The notes below the pieces were generated by a model. The model made no database searches. It was given only the letters and a program-made list of their open reading frames with translations, and was not told the origin of the DNA. A DNA stretch of 64,000 nt from Candidatus Woesearchaeota archaeon CG10_big_fil_rev_8_21_14_0_10_44_13 (GTDB taxonomy: Archaea > Nanobdellota > Nanobdellia > Woesearchaeales > UBA12501), in NCBI GenBank assembly GCA_002762985.1, contig PCXZ01000018.1:741-64740 (forward strand), read 5' to 3'. Positions 48,804 to 57,382 of the stretch are shown here, in pieces. Numbering within the stretch: position 1 is the first letter of the stretch; each line of letters opens with the position of its first letter. A program made the position numbers and the translations under genes.

Positions 48804-49301
48804 ATGAGAATTTTTCAGAGATGGTTTTGGGAAAGATATTGGCTTCTTTTTGTTGTCTTAGTTATACTAATTTCTGTAATTAGTGCTTTCTCGGTGAAAA
48901 CAATTTTGTTATCTTTATTATTAACCTGGGGATGGTCAAGAATAAAAACTATCCTCAGAAAACACAAAAAGAATGTATATAGAACAATACCTCAAAGAAG
49001 AAAGTTTATAAGAAGATTTAGAAGATCTGGGTCTCAAAAGAGATTTAAAGGAATAAATCCAGATTATCTACCCACTCGAATAGAGACACAAGCACATAAA
49101 GACTTCCATAGAAGATTATCTCAATGGAAAATGAATCATCCAGGTAAAGAACCTAATAAAAACCAAATGTATAGGTTGGCGATAAACTCAAGTCATGATA
49201 CTTTGAGAACAAGAGGAGCAAAGGGTCATTGGGGGCGCCAGAAGATAAGGAAGAAAATTCTTGAAGGTAAAAATGTCGTAAAGAAATACGAGATGAAATG
49301 A
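48804..49301 (+). CDS. Hypothetical basic protein with N-terminal TM
   Basis: 165-aa ORF. Confidence 0.4.
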   Translation: MRIFQRWFWERYWLLFVVLVILISVISAFSVKTILLSLLLTWGWSRIKTILRKHKKNVYRTIPQRRKFIRRFRRSGSQKRFKGINPDYLPTRIETQAHKDFHRRLSQWKMNHPGKEPNKNQMYRLAINSSHDTLRTRGAKGHWGRQKIRKKILEGKNVVKKYEMK

Positions 49302-49302
49302 T

Positions 49303-49869
49303 ATGTTTAATCAACAAAAGAAAGTAAAACCAATTATAATAGGGGTATGTGGTAGAAGTTGTTCAGGCAAGTCTACTGTCGTTAAAGCGCTAGAAGAGAA
49401 GTATAAAGGCGAATTTCTGAATATAAATCAAGATAAATTCTTCAAGGTAAAAGCAGATAATTGGGAAAGTCCTGAATCTTTAAGAATAGATAGATTGATT
49501 TATTCTATCAAAAAACTAAGAAATGGAGAATCAACACATATACCTAGTCACAGATGGACAGAAGTTTTTGATAGGGAAGTAATACCCCCTAAAGTCATTA
49601 TTGTTGAAGGTTACCTTCTTTTTGCTGATGAAGAACTATCTAAACTATTTGACAAGAAGATATGGGTTGATGTTTCTGATGCCAATATCATATATAGAAG
49701 AACAAAAAGAGACGGCACAAGTAAACATATAGATTATACCATGAATAAGGTGATACCTGAATCTAAGAGATATGAAGAGATACAGAGAAAGAGGGCAGAT
49801 ATAATTATTGATGGAAATAAAACAAAAGAAGAAATAATACAAGAATTTGAGAGGTATATCAAAAAATGA
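49303..49869 (+). CDS. P-loop nucleoside/polynucleotide kinase-like protein (uridine kinase / PRK family-like)
   Basis: IIIGVCGRSCSGKSTV Walker A; 188 aa. Confidence 0.55.
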   Translation: MFNQQKKVKPIIIGVCGRSCSGKSTVVKALEEKYKGEFLNINQDKFFKVKADNWESPESLRIDRLIYSIKKLRNGESTHIPSHRWTEVFDREVIPPKVIIVEGYLLFADEELSKLFDKKIWVDVSDANIIYRRTKRDGTSKHIDYTMNKVIPESKRYEEIQRKRADIIIDGNKTKEEIIQEFERYIKK

Positions 49870-50060
49870 CAAAAATAACCTATTCTTTAATAAACACAAT
49901 TAGAAGAATATTCCGCAAACATAAACATCATGCAGTATATGATAAGAAGTGGTGTCACTGGTATTGTAGTAAATGTAACCGTGAACTATATTATAATGAT
50001 CTGCCACCCAAAGTCTGGAAGCATTTAATGCAAAAATCAAGGAGGGTAAAAAGACATTAA
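49866..50060 (+). CDS. Small basic His/Cys-containing protein
   Basis: 64-aa ORF with HKHH...C.W.CSKC. Confidence 0.3.
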   Translation: MTKITYSLINTIRRIFRKHKHHAVYDKKWCHWYCSKCNRELYYNDLPPKVWKHLMQKSRRVKRH

Positions 50061-50061
50061 A

Positions 50062-50769
50062 ATGGGCAACTATTTAATAGAATTTAGATTTCAATCTAAG
50101 CGAATAAGAACTTATCTTAAAGGTATGATTTATGAGATAAACAGGAGGTTTGGAGTTGGAAAAAGAAAACATATCCCCCATATAACTCTGGTTGGCCCCA
50201 TTATTACAAATAATGAGGGAAGACTCATATCTGATTTTGCAAGAGTATGTTCCCAAACAAAAGTTATGAAATTTAAAGGTGAAGGGTTTGGAACATTTGA
50301 CAATAATAGGGTTGTGTTTGTGGATATTGGAGCTACTGATAAACTCAACGAGTTTAGGATAAATCTTGTAGAAGCTTTAAGACCTTATTGCAAACTTCAA
50401 TCCCAAGACAAGAAAAAAGAGAAGGATAGATTTAAGTACCATTCTACATTAGCCATGAAATTAAATCAAAGTGAGTTTGATTCTATCAAAACTTATATCA
50501 GAAATAAGCCTGCTCCGGAATTTAAACAGATTGTTATGAGGATTACTTTACTCAAAGGAGGAAAGATTTTAAGAGAATATGATTTCATGCAAAAAAGATT
50601 ACTAAAAAGAAGACAAGCACTAAATAAAATGATTTTAAGAAATAGTAAAGAACTTCTACGTAGATTTATAGAAGGTAAATATGACCCCAATGAGAGGCTA
50701 AAACAGGCAATTGAATATAAACAGCCTACTTTATGGGATAAGATTAAAAGCTTTTTTGGAATAAGATAA
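50062..50769 (+). CDS. 2H phosphoesterase superfamily protein (LigT / cyclic phosphodiesterase-like)
   Basis: Two H-x-T/S-x motifs: HITLVGP and YHSTLAM. Confidence 0.6.
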   Translation: MGNYLIEFRFQSKRIRTYLKGMIYEINRRFGVGKRKHIPHITLVGPIITNNEGRLISDFARVCSQTKVMKFKGEGFGTFDNNRVVFVDIGATDKLNEFRINLVEALRPYCKLQSQDKKKEKDRFKYHSTLAMKLNQSEFDSIKTYIRNKPAPEFKQIVMRITLLKGGKILREYDFMQKRLLKRRQALNKMILRNSKELLRRFIEGKYDPNERLKQAIEYKQPTLWDKIKSFFGIR

Positions 50770-50774
50770 ATAAA

Positions 50775-51182
50775 ATGACCCCAAAAGAGATAACTCAAGG
50801 GATGGTAGACAAACAGTTTAAAAGATTAGAGATAAATCTAAAAAAAGCAGCAGATAAGTCCCCAAATAAATTAAAAACAATTCTTAAAAAAATGGCAAGT
50901 GAGGCTCCCGAGGCGACTGTTAGTATATTAAGAAAAATGGTTATTAGATTAATAGATGAAGTAGAAGAATCAAAAAAACAAATAAAGACAACAAAAAAAC
51001 ACGAAGAAAAGATAAGAAAACTGAAAGAATATCGTATGTTTTTTTTAGAGATTCTTGTTAAACTCCAAGGCTACAAAGACGTTAAAGATTATCAGAAAAA
51101 GAATATACGCATATTTAGTAAGGAAGTAAGAGATCATCTTGAACAGAATGATTATGAGATTAAAATAGATAGGAGTAAATAA
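50775..51182 (+). CDS. Hypothetical protein
   Basis: 135-aa ORF, Lys-rich. Confidence 0.4.
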   Translation: MTPKEITQGMVDKQFKRLEINLKKAADKSPNKLKTILKKMASEAPEATVSILRKMVIRLIDEVEESKKQIKTTKKHEEKIRKLKEYRMFFLEILVKLQGYKDVKDYQKKNIRIFSKEVRDHLEQNDYEIKIDRSK

Positions 51183-51188
51183 ATGGTA

Positions 51189-51599
51189 TTAACATATAAT
51201 CTGCAATATTAGGGATATAATGCCCACCAAGATAGTTGTGATTGTTAATACTATAACCCATTTTGTTAATCTTTCATTATTCCACATGCTTATTAAACTC
51301 AAACCAGTTGGCCCAAGTTTTATCATGTTACCATCTTTTGATTTTACTAATACTCCCTGCTTAACAAAAGTGTCTATATCCTCTTCGGAAAGAATTTGTT
51401 TTGTCCATGCTATACCTTCCACAAAATCACTAGGATAATATTTATAGTAGCGATATAAAAGCTTTTTAATATCCTTCTTGCAGGCTTCATGCTCTTCCAA
51501 TGATTTTATCATAGCTTTAAGTAACCCTTTCTTTATAGTGGGATTAGTTATTTGTCTTGGGCCTTCTCTTTTTCTAATTTTGATATCCATATTATACAC
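51189..51599 (-). CDS. Hypothetical protein with C-terminal TM helix
   Basis: 136-aa ORF. Confidence 0.4.
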   Translation of the reverse strand: MYNMDIKIRKREGPRQITNPTIKKGLLKAMIKSLEEHEACKKDIKKLLYRYYKYYPSDFVEGIAWTKQILSEEDIDTFVKQGVLVKSKDGNMIKLGPTGLSLISMWNNERLTKWVIVLTITTILVGIISLILQIIC

Positions 51600-51669
51600 T
51601 TAGTAGACCCCCTATATATTTATTATGGTCAGAAATGGATGTTTATTGAATATCTTTAGCTCCTTGCCT

Positions 51670-52404
51670 TCAATATACCCTTTCTAACACTTCCATCTTA
51701 TCCTTATACTCTTCCAGCGAGATGTCCCCATTTGCATACTTCAGCTGCAACAGCTGGATAGGATCATTCACCAGATGGAAGCTTTCCTTCTTCTTGTGGC
51801 CAAAAGCAGTATTGATCTTGTTCTGCAAATCCTTGTTGCTTATATGGGCATATATCTGCGTTGTGTGGATGTCAGAATGGCCTAATGCCCTCTGCACATA
51901 ATACAGATCAACACCTTTCTCCAAGAGAAAGGTGGCAAAAGTATGCCTCAAAGTATGGAAGCTGTAAGCGTGCCTCTGCTGTCCACAAACAGTTTTTTCT
52001 GTCTCAATCAGCAGGCCTGCTTCTTCCAGGCATTTCCTGAACTTGTTTGATAACTGCCCTTCTGCCATCCATCCTTTAAACACAGCAGGGATTACATACT
52101 CAGAACCATTGATCCTGAACCATTTCTCCAGTATTGGCTTTAGCTTCTCTGGAAGCATCACATATCTGTCCTTGCTTCCCTTGCCTTGCACAATCTTAAT
52201 CCTCTCGCTCTCAAAGTCAATGTCCTGCTTTTTCAGGCTGCAAGCCTCACTTATCCTCAAGCCGCAGCATAATGCCAATAAACAAGCGATGAATATATCT
52301 GTTTCCTTAATGCAATTGAACAGCTCCAATAGCTGTTTCTTGTTCAGCACATTCGGCAGTTTCCTGCCTTTTTCTTTTATCTTCCTTATATTGACCATTT
52401 TCAC
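51670..52404 (-). CDS. Tyrosine recombinase / integrase, catalytic domain
   Basis: GLRISEA (R), HTLRHTFA (HxxR), LGHSDIHTTQIYAHIS (Y). Confidence 0.8.
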   Translation of the reverse strand: MKMVNIRKIKEKGRKLPNVLNKKQLLELFNCIKETDIFIACLLALCCGLRISEACSLKKQDIDFESERIKIVQGKGSKDRYVMLPEKLKPILEKWFRINGSEYVIPAVFKGWMAEGQLSNKFRKCLEEAGLLIETEKTVCGQQRHAYSFHTLRHTFATFLLEKGVDLYYVQRALGHSDIHTTQIYAHISNKDLQNKINTAFGHKKKESFHLVNDPIQLLQLKYANGDISLEEYKDKMEVLERVY

Positions 52405-52787
52405 ATCTCCTTAATCAGCCTTAAGCCAAGCTGTTTTATGTCAATCTGAAGGCCTGTCTCTGTCTCATGCCTTCTCTCAAAGAACAGCTTGATGGCCTTC
52501 TTCTGGCTCAGGTAATGGTTTCTGAGCTGAAACTTTATCTCTTCAGGAACTCTCTCTAATAAAGCCCAGCGATAGACAGTAAACGGATTGTAGGAATTCT
52601 CTATCAGGGCATTGTATAGCTCTCTTTCTTTTCCAACAATCATCCCCTTTCTTTTGTTGTAGTGGTATGTTGCCAGTCTGCTCAGCAAAGGACACATTTC
52701 CTGAACACTCAGATCAGGGAAGTGCATCTTTACCAGCCCTCTGACCTTTTCCAGCTCTTCAAAAACACTTTTGCGAATTCCTGCCAT
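52401..52787 (-). CDS. Integrase N-terminal SAM-like domain as a separate ORF (split or frameshifted integrase)
   Basis: 128-aa ORF overlapping the integrase start by ATGA. Confidence 0.45.
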   Translation of the reverse strand: MAGIRKSVFEELEKVRGLVKMHFPDLSVQEMCPLLSRLATYHYNKRKGMIVGKERELYNALIENSYNPFTVYRWALLERVPEEIKFQLRNHYLSQKKAIKLFFERRHETETGLQIDIKQLGLRLIKEM

Positions 52788-52996
52788 TCTTTACGACCTC
52801 CCGTTTAGCAACTCTCTCAGATGCCAGAATTCGCAGGAATCAGCCCGTCAGCGCAAGAATTCGCAGATTTTAAATCTTTCTATTTTCATCTCTTTTTAGT
52901 AGTAACTAAAATCCCTTTTATGATTAGTATACACATCCCTATACTAATCCTCATAATAGTAACATTTATATACTAGTCTATCATTATACCGGTATT

Positions 52997-53404
52997 ATGG
53001 TCGTACTCTTCGATCAATACAATCTGCCGGAAAATGTCTATGAAGTAGTATTCGCCACAGAGCAGCAGGCAGTCGTCGGAAAGCTCCTCATCGATGAGCT
53101 GAAATCCCACGGCGGAGAGATGGGCAAGACAGAGATGTCATTGTTCGCGAATAACCTCCATGAGGGGACTATCATCGAGGTCGATGAGCCGGGCCCGATG
53201 GGCAGGATCACGAGGAAAAAGCTGAAGATCTCATACAACAAGAGGCAGTTTTACGACAGGATACTCACGCCGATGAAGGCCATGGGCATGATCGATTATG
53301 ATCTTTACCAGAAGAGATACAAGATATCGGACAAATTCAACAGGGCTCTCACGAAGATAGGCATCATGTGGAGCCAGGAGGTCCATAAGAAGCCCAGGAT
53401 ATAG
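52997..53404 (+). CDS. Hypothetical protein
   Basis: 135-aa ORF. Confidence 0.4.
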   Translation: MVVLFDQYNLPENVYEVVFATEQQAVVGKLLIDELKSHGGEMGKTEMSLFANNLHEGTIIEVDEPGPMGRITRKKLKISYNKRQFYDRILTPMKAMGMIDYDLYQKRYKISDKFNRALTKIGIMWSQEVHKKPRI

Positions 53405-53606
53405 CAGGACTATGGGGCATCACATTCAAAGGCTCCCTATATGGTTCTGTTTTCTCAACCACCCCCAACGAAACCCTTTTCATAATAGGGAGCCTTTCAT
53501 ATTCATTCTGGGACATTTGATGTTACTTATTGCATTCTTTTCGCTCAGCAACAACAATATTGGCGCCTAGATATGCTGATTACTAAAAACAATTAACAAC
53601 AATATC

Positions 53607-53700
53607 GGTGGGGAAACTACGTTTCCCCCTGCCCCTTCCTGCAACGGGCCGGAGAAGAGGGAGCATTTGGTGGTTATTGCCTTATCTTGTTTGGGATATC
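53607..53700 (+). repeat. Intergenic repeat family, copy D (truncated)
   Basis: GGTGGGGAAACTACGTTTCCCCCTGCCCCTTCCT hairpin module and GAAGAGGGAGCAT core fragment. Confidence 0.55.
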
Positions 53701-53873
53701 AACATACTCCAAACCTCTTATAACCCCAGTTTTCTGTGGTTTTAAGCTGAGCCATTATAGCTACTGATTAGTAGTTAAAAAAAGGAAAGATTTATATATT
53801 AGTTGTCCCATATATTGCTTACCGAGCAAAAGAGATGGTTTGGAAAGGGTGAAAAAAGAAAAAGGGTTGGAAT

Positions 53874-55052
53874 ATGGCGGAAATTATCAAAAAAGCAATT
53901 GAGTACTTCATTAAATCTTTTGAAGGGATATCTGATAAAGATAGGGACTCCCTTGCCAAAATGTCTGAGATGGACAAGGAGATATTGAGATATATCAAGA
54001 CTAAGAATATTTCTAATTTACACGCCCATTACCAAAACAGGAGGGAGCAGATAAACCCTTTGATTGAGCGTATAGGGTTGTTCGGTCTGATGATCGACAG
54101 GAACCATCTAAGGCTCAGCAAGAAGAAAGAAGATGATTTGATTGCCGAGACATATTCCCTGGATAAGATGATAGAAATGCAGGATGCTCTAGAAAATCCA
54201 AGAAGGCTTATCACAAAGATAGATGAGTACAAGAACATAATCAGCGCATTGAAAAATGAAGAGAATAGATTAAGCAAGATAAGGGATGAGCTGGCAGACA
54301 AAGTTGACAAGCTCATAACAATAGACGACTTAACAAAGTTGTATCGCAAGGAATTCTTTAAAAAAAGGGCGATAGAGGAGATTGCAAGGGCAATGAGGAC
54401 AGGGGAAGGATTTCTTATATTAATGTCGGACATAGATCATTTTGGCGAGTATAATGATACTTTCGGCCATATCCCCGCAGGTGACGAGGCATTAAAGACT
54501 GTTGCAAGGGTATTAAGCAGATCAGTAAGGGAAGGGGACATTGGTGAAAGGCATGGAAATGATAATTATGAGAATGAAGGCGGCAGGCAGGGCGGCGAAG
54601 AGTTCGTATACCTTATACATGGGGTGCCAAAAGAAAAAGCGCACAGCATAGTTGACAGGGTAAGAAAAAATGTCGAATCTACAGTATTCGATGAATACAA
54701 TCCCCTCAACCCGGAAAAGAACGGATATGGCATGATGACCTCGCCTGACTGCATCCAGCCAGGATATGACAGCAAGAAAATCACCACAAGCATAGGTTAT
54801 TTAACATTCGATCCTAATGAATTCAAAGACCCTTCTGCATTCAGATATTCCACTGATTTTGAAAGGATTTCCAATGCAAAGGAGATACGCCCGAATGATA
54901 TATTCATGGAGATGATGAGGCGCATAGATGCAGCGTTATATGTGGCCAAAGGTTCAGGCAGGAATAATGTAAAAAGGTATGATCCTAGCATGGAGATTGG
55001 CAACAATGCAAAAGTACATGAACTTAGCATGGAGAATTGCAAACATGAATAG
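53874..55052 (+). CDS. GGDEF-domain diguanylate cyclase with N-terminal coiled-coil region
   Basis: DIDHFGEYNDTFGH..GDEAL, RQGGEEF, TTSIGYL, IDAALYVAKGSGRNNV motifs. Confidence 0.7.
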   Translation: MAEIIKKAIEYFIKSFEGISDKDRDSLAKMSEMDKEILRYIKTKNISNLHAHYQNRREQINPLIERIGLFGLMIDRNHLRLSKKKEDDLIAETYSLDKMIEMQDALENPRRLITKIDEYKNIISALKNEENRLSKIRDELADKVDKLITIDDLTKLYRKEFFKKRAIEEIARAMRTGEGFLILMSDIDHFGEYNDTFGHIPAGDEALKTVARVLSRSVREGDIGERHGNDNYENEGGRQGGEEFVYLIHGVPKEKAHSIVDRVRKNVESTVFDEYNPLNPEKNGYGMMTSPDCIQPGYDSKKITTSIGYLTFDPNEFKDPSAFRYSTDFERISNAKEIRPNDIFMEMMRRIDAALYVAKGSGRNNVKRYDPSMEIGNNAKVHELSMENCKHE

Positions 55053-55719
55053 AATGCATCTTAAGCTCGAACAGGTGAAACTCGCAGGGAAAGTCATCAC
55101 GACTGACTCTTTTGAGGAGATCAGCCTCATAGGTGGCTGCGACCAGGCTTATACAAATGATGGCAAGATAGTATCGACGATAGTCGTGCTTGACAAGAAC
55201 CTCAAGGTTGTTGATTCTGCGAATGCTGTTGCTGAATGCAGGATGCCGTACATCCCGGGATACCTCTTCTACAGGGAAGCCCATGTCATAATAGAGGCTT
55301 TCAACAAGCTGAAACAAAGGCCGGAGATACTCGTTGTCGACGGCAACGGCATACTCCATCCGAGAAGGATAGGCATGGCCTCGCAATTAGGCATAGTCCT
55401 TGACATCCCTACGATAGGCGTTGCAAAAACGCTCATGATGGGGCAATCAATGGACGGCAGGATCGAAGTTGACAAGGAGATAAGGGCGATAGAGGTGAGA
55501 ACAAGGGAATTCGCAAAGCCTCTGTATGTGTCTCCTGGCCACAGGATCAGCCTGAAGACTGCTGTCGAGATGATACAGAAGATGATCGTCCAGCCGCACA
55601 AGCTGCCTGAGCCATTGCACCTGGCACACAGGTTTGCGGACAAAAAGAGAGACAGGTTGGCCAATGGGCCGAAGTTCGGACAGGAACCATTGAAGACTGC
55701 ACAAGAGATAGATGTCTGA
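55045..55719 (+). CDS. nfi: Endonuclease V
   Basis: GGCDQAY ... VVLD ... YIPGYLFYRE ... VDGNGILHPRRIG ... IPTIGVAKT. Confidence 0.8.
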   Translation: MNRMHLKLEQVKLAGKVITTDSFEEISLIGGCDQAYTNDGKIVSTIVVLDKNLKVVDSANAVAECRMPYIPGYLFYREAHVIIEAFNKLKQRPEILVVDGNGILHPRRIGMASQLGIVLDIPTIGVAKTLMMGQSMDGRIEVDKEIRAIEVRTREFAKPLYVSPGHRISLKTAVEMIQKMIVQPHKLPEPLHLAHRFADKKRDRLANGPKFGQEPLKTAQEIDV

Positions 55720-55769
55720 TTATTTTCTAATTCTTTTCCAAATTTTTTTATAATAAAAACTCGCGCTCG

Positions 55770-56105
55770 GAGCTACTGAAAATCTGCGGATTTTCATACT
55801 CAAAAACTTTGTTTTTGACTACGGAAAATTGCGATTTTCATAGTCACGCCCGCTTCGCTCGGTGACTATCTCCTGCCTTTAGGCCGGAGTATTACGCTCC
55901 TCGCATTGATAGCGAGTTTTTAGTCTTGAAAACGCTCAGAAATCAAAGATTTCTGGCGTGCCAAAAATGCTTTGCATTTTTGATCATGGCGCAATCGCAC
56001 TGAAGTGTGAGGTATTACTTGCGAACTTGTTCGCAAGTCTGAAAATCTCGACTTTAGTCGGGATTTTCTTTAAACCGCCAGAAAATGGCTTACGCCATTT
56101 TCAAT
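55770..56105. repeat. Array of at least eight distinct perfect hairpins in a convergent intergenic region
   Basis: GAAAATCtgcgGATTTTC, CAAAAACtttGTTTTTG, GAAAATtgcgATTTTC, CAAAAATGCtttGCATTTTTG, CTTGCGAACttgGTTCGCAAG, GAAAATC..GATTTTC, GAAAATGGCttacGCCATTTTC. Confidence 0.6.
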
Positions 56106-56138
56106 AAGAATATAGTTATTGGTAAGGCCAGCAGCAGT

Positions 56139-56843
56139 TCAAATCCAGCCCATCAGCATGGCTATCCCCATCAGCAGGAGCAATATGCTTGCGATCAGAT
56201 GCAGGCCCCTTATATGCTTGTCTTTCCATCCTGAAACCCTATCCACAGTAGAATAGCCCACATAGACGATTATCGTTATCGCTATCATGGGTGCTACAAA
56301 TATGAGGTTGTAATACAGCAGCCAGGGTATTGTCTTGAAGAGATCAAGGTAAGACAATATTCCTGAAGCGATTATATAAGGGCCTATCGTGCATGGAAGT
56401 AGGAATACTGTGACAAAGATCCCGGCGATGAAAGCCCCCCAAGGCGAAGTCGCATGTGATATCATCCTTTTTACCTTGGGCCTCATGAACAGCGGCATCT
56501 CAGTGCCTACGCTTCCTGGCTTGTAGCTTATGAAATCCTTAAGATTGAGCAGCCCCAGCACTATCGCGACAACAGCAAGCGCCTGCGAGAAATAGACCCT
56601 TATTGATGCTATGTTATGCACGAATGTCTTGAAGGCCCCGATGAAAACAAAACCATATCCCAGATATAGCAGATAGACTGCAAACGTGAATGAGAATCCG
56701 CCGAGCAGGATCCTGTATCTCTTCTTCGGGTCTGACGCGAGCATCGCTATGAGTATCAGAGTGAGCACGGCTATTGCGCATGGATTGACAGCATCGGCTG
56801 CAGCCAATGCGGTTATCTTCCCTATTGTAAGGTCAGCTGCCAT
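56139..56843 (-). CDS. ccdA: CcdA/DsbD-family thiol-disulfide transporter membrane protein
   Basis: AADAVNPCAIAVL motif, multi-TM, 234 aa. Confidence 0.7.
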   Translation of the reverse strand: MAADLTIGKITALAAADAVNPCAIAVLTLILIAMLASDPKKRYRILLGGFSFTFAVYLLYLGYGFVFIGAFKTFVHNIASIRVYFSQALAVVAIVLGLLNLKDFISYKPGSVGTEMPLFMRPKVKRMISHATSPWGAFIAGIFVTVFLLPCTIGPYIIASGILSYLDLFKTIPWLLYYNLIFVAPMIAITIIVYVGYSTVDRVSGWKDKHIRGLHLIASILLLLMGIAMLMGWI

Positions 56844-56912
56844 TTTCCACTTTTTTTGATATGATTTATTCTTTTGATATGAAGTTTATTTATGTAATTT
56901 AATTCTTTTTCC

Positions 56913-57284
56913 TTAAGAACAACCTGTCAGGCTCAATAAAACATCTATCTCCTGGACCCCGATATGCCTTTCCCCGTTGATGAACCATGTCGGGACGCTT
57001 GTCACATTCTGCTGCGAGCATTTCTGGCCTTCGATAAGGCAGTCCACTATATTAAGGAACATGAAATTCTTTCCGAACAACTTCTCCTGGGCAGCGCACG
57101 CATGGCATCCTGTAGAGATGTAGATTGTTGATTTTGATGCTATGCATTTCACTGTCTCCCTGCTCGGCCCTGAATCAGGAGCCGTATTGAAGAACCTGAA
57201 ATAGATCAACAGGAAGACCACTGCGATTATCAGCAACAGAGCCCATACATCTATCTTTACATTTTCACCCAGCTTTATTTTCAT
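56913..57284 (-). CDS. Membrane-anchored thioredoxin-like protein
   Basis: N-terminal TM plus STGCHAC CxxC motif. Confidence 0.6.
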   Translation of the reverse strand: MKIKLGENVKIDVWALLLIIAVVFLLIYFRFFNTAPDSGPSRETVKCIASKSTIYISTGCHACAAQEKLFGKNFMFLNIVDCLIEGQKCSQQNVTSVPTWFINGERHIGVQEIDVLLSLTGCS

Positions 57285-57382
57285 TCATTAGCCGGATTGG
57301 GGGGGGCTGTTTTTATAGTTTTCTGTTTGAATGGGTGTTTTATTGAAAAATTTTATATAGCCCTTAGTAAGCCCATAAGGAT

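Larger units (their letters stand above)
44210..53500. mobile_element. AT-rich integrated element(s) with two tyrosine recombinases
   Basis: Composition shift, inward-facing integrases at both ends, cargo of unrelated hypothetical genes; boundaries approximate. Confidence 0.5.
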
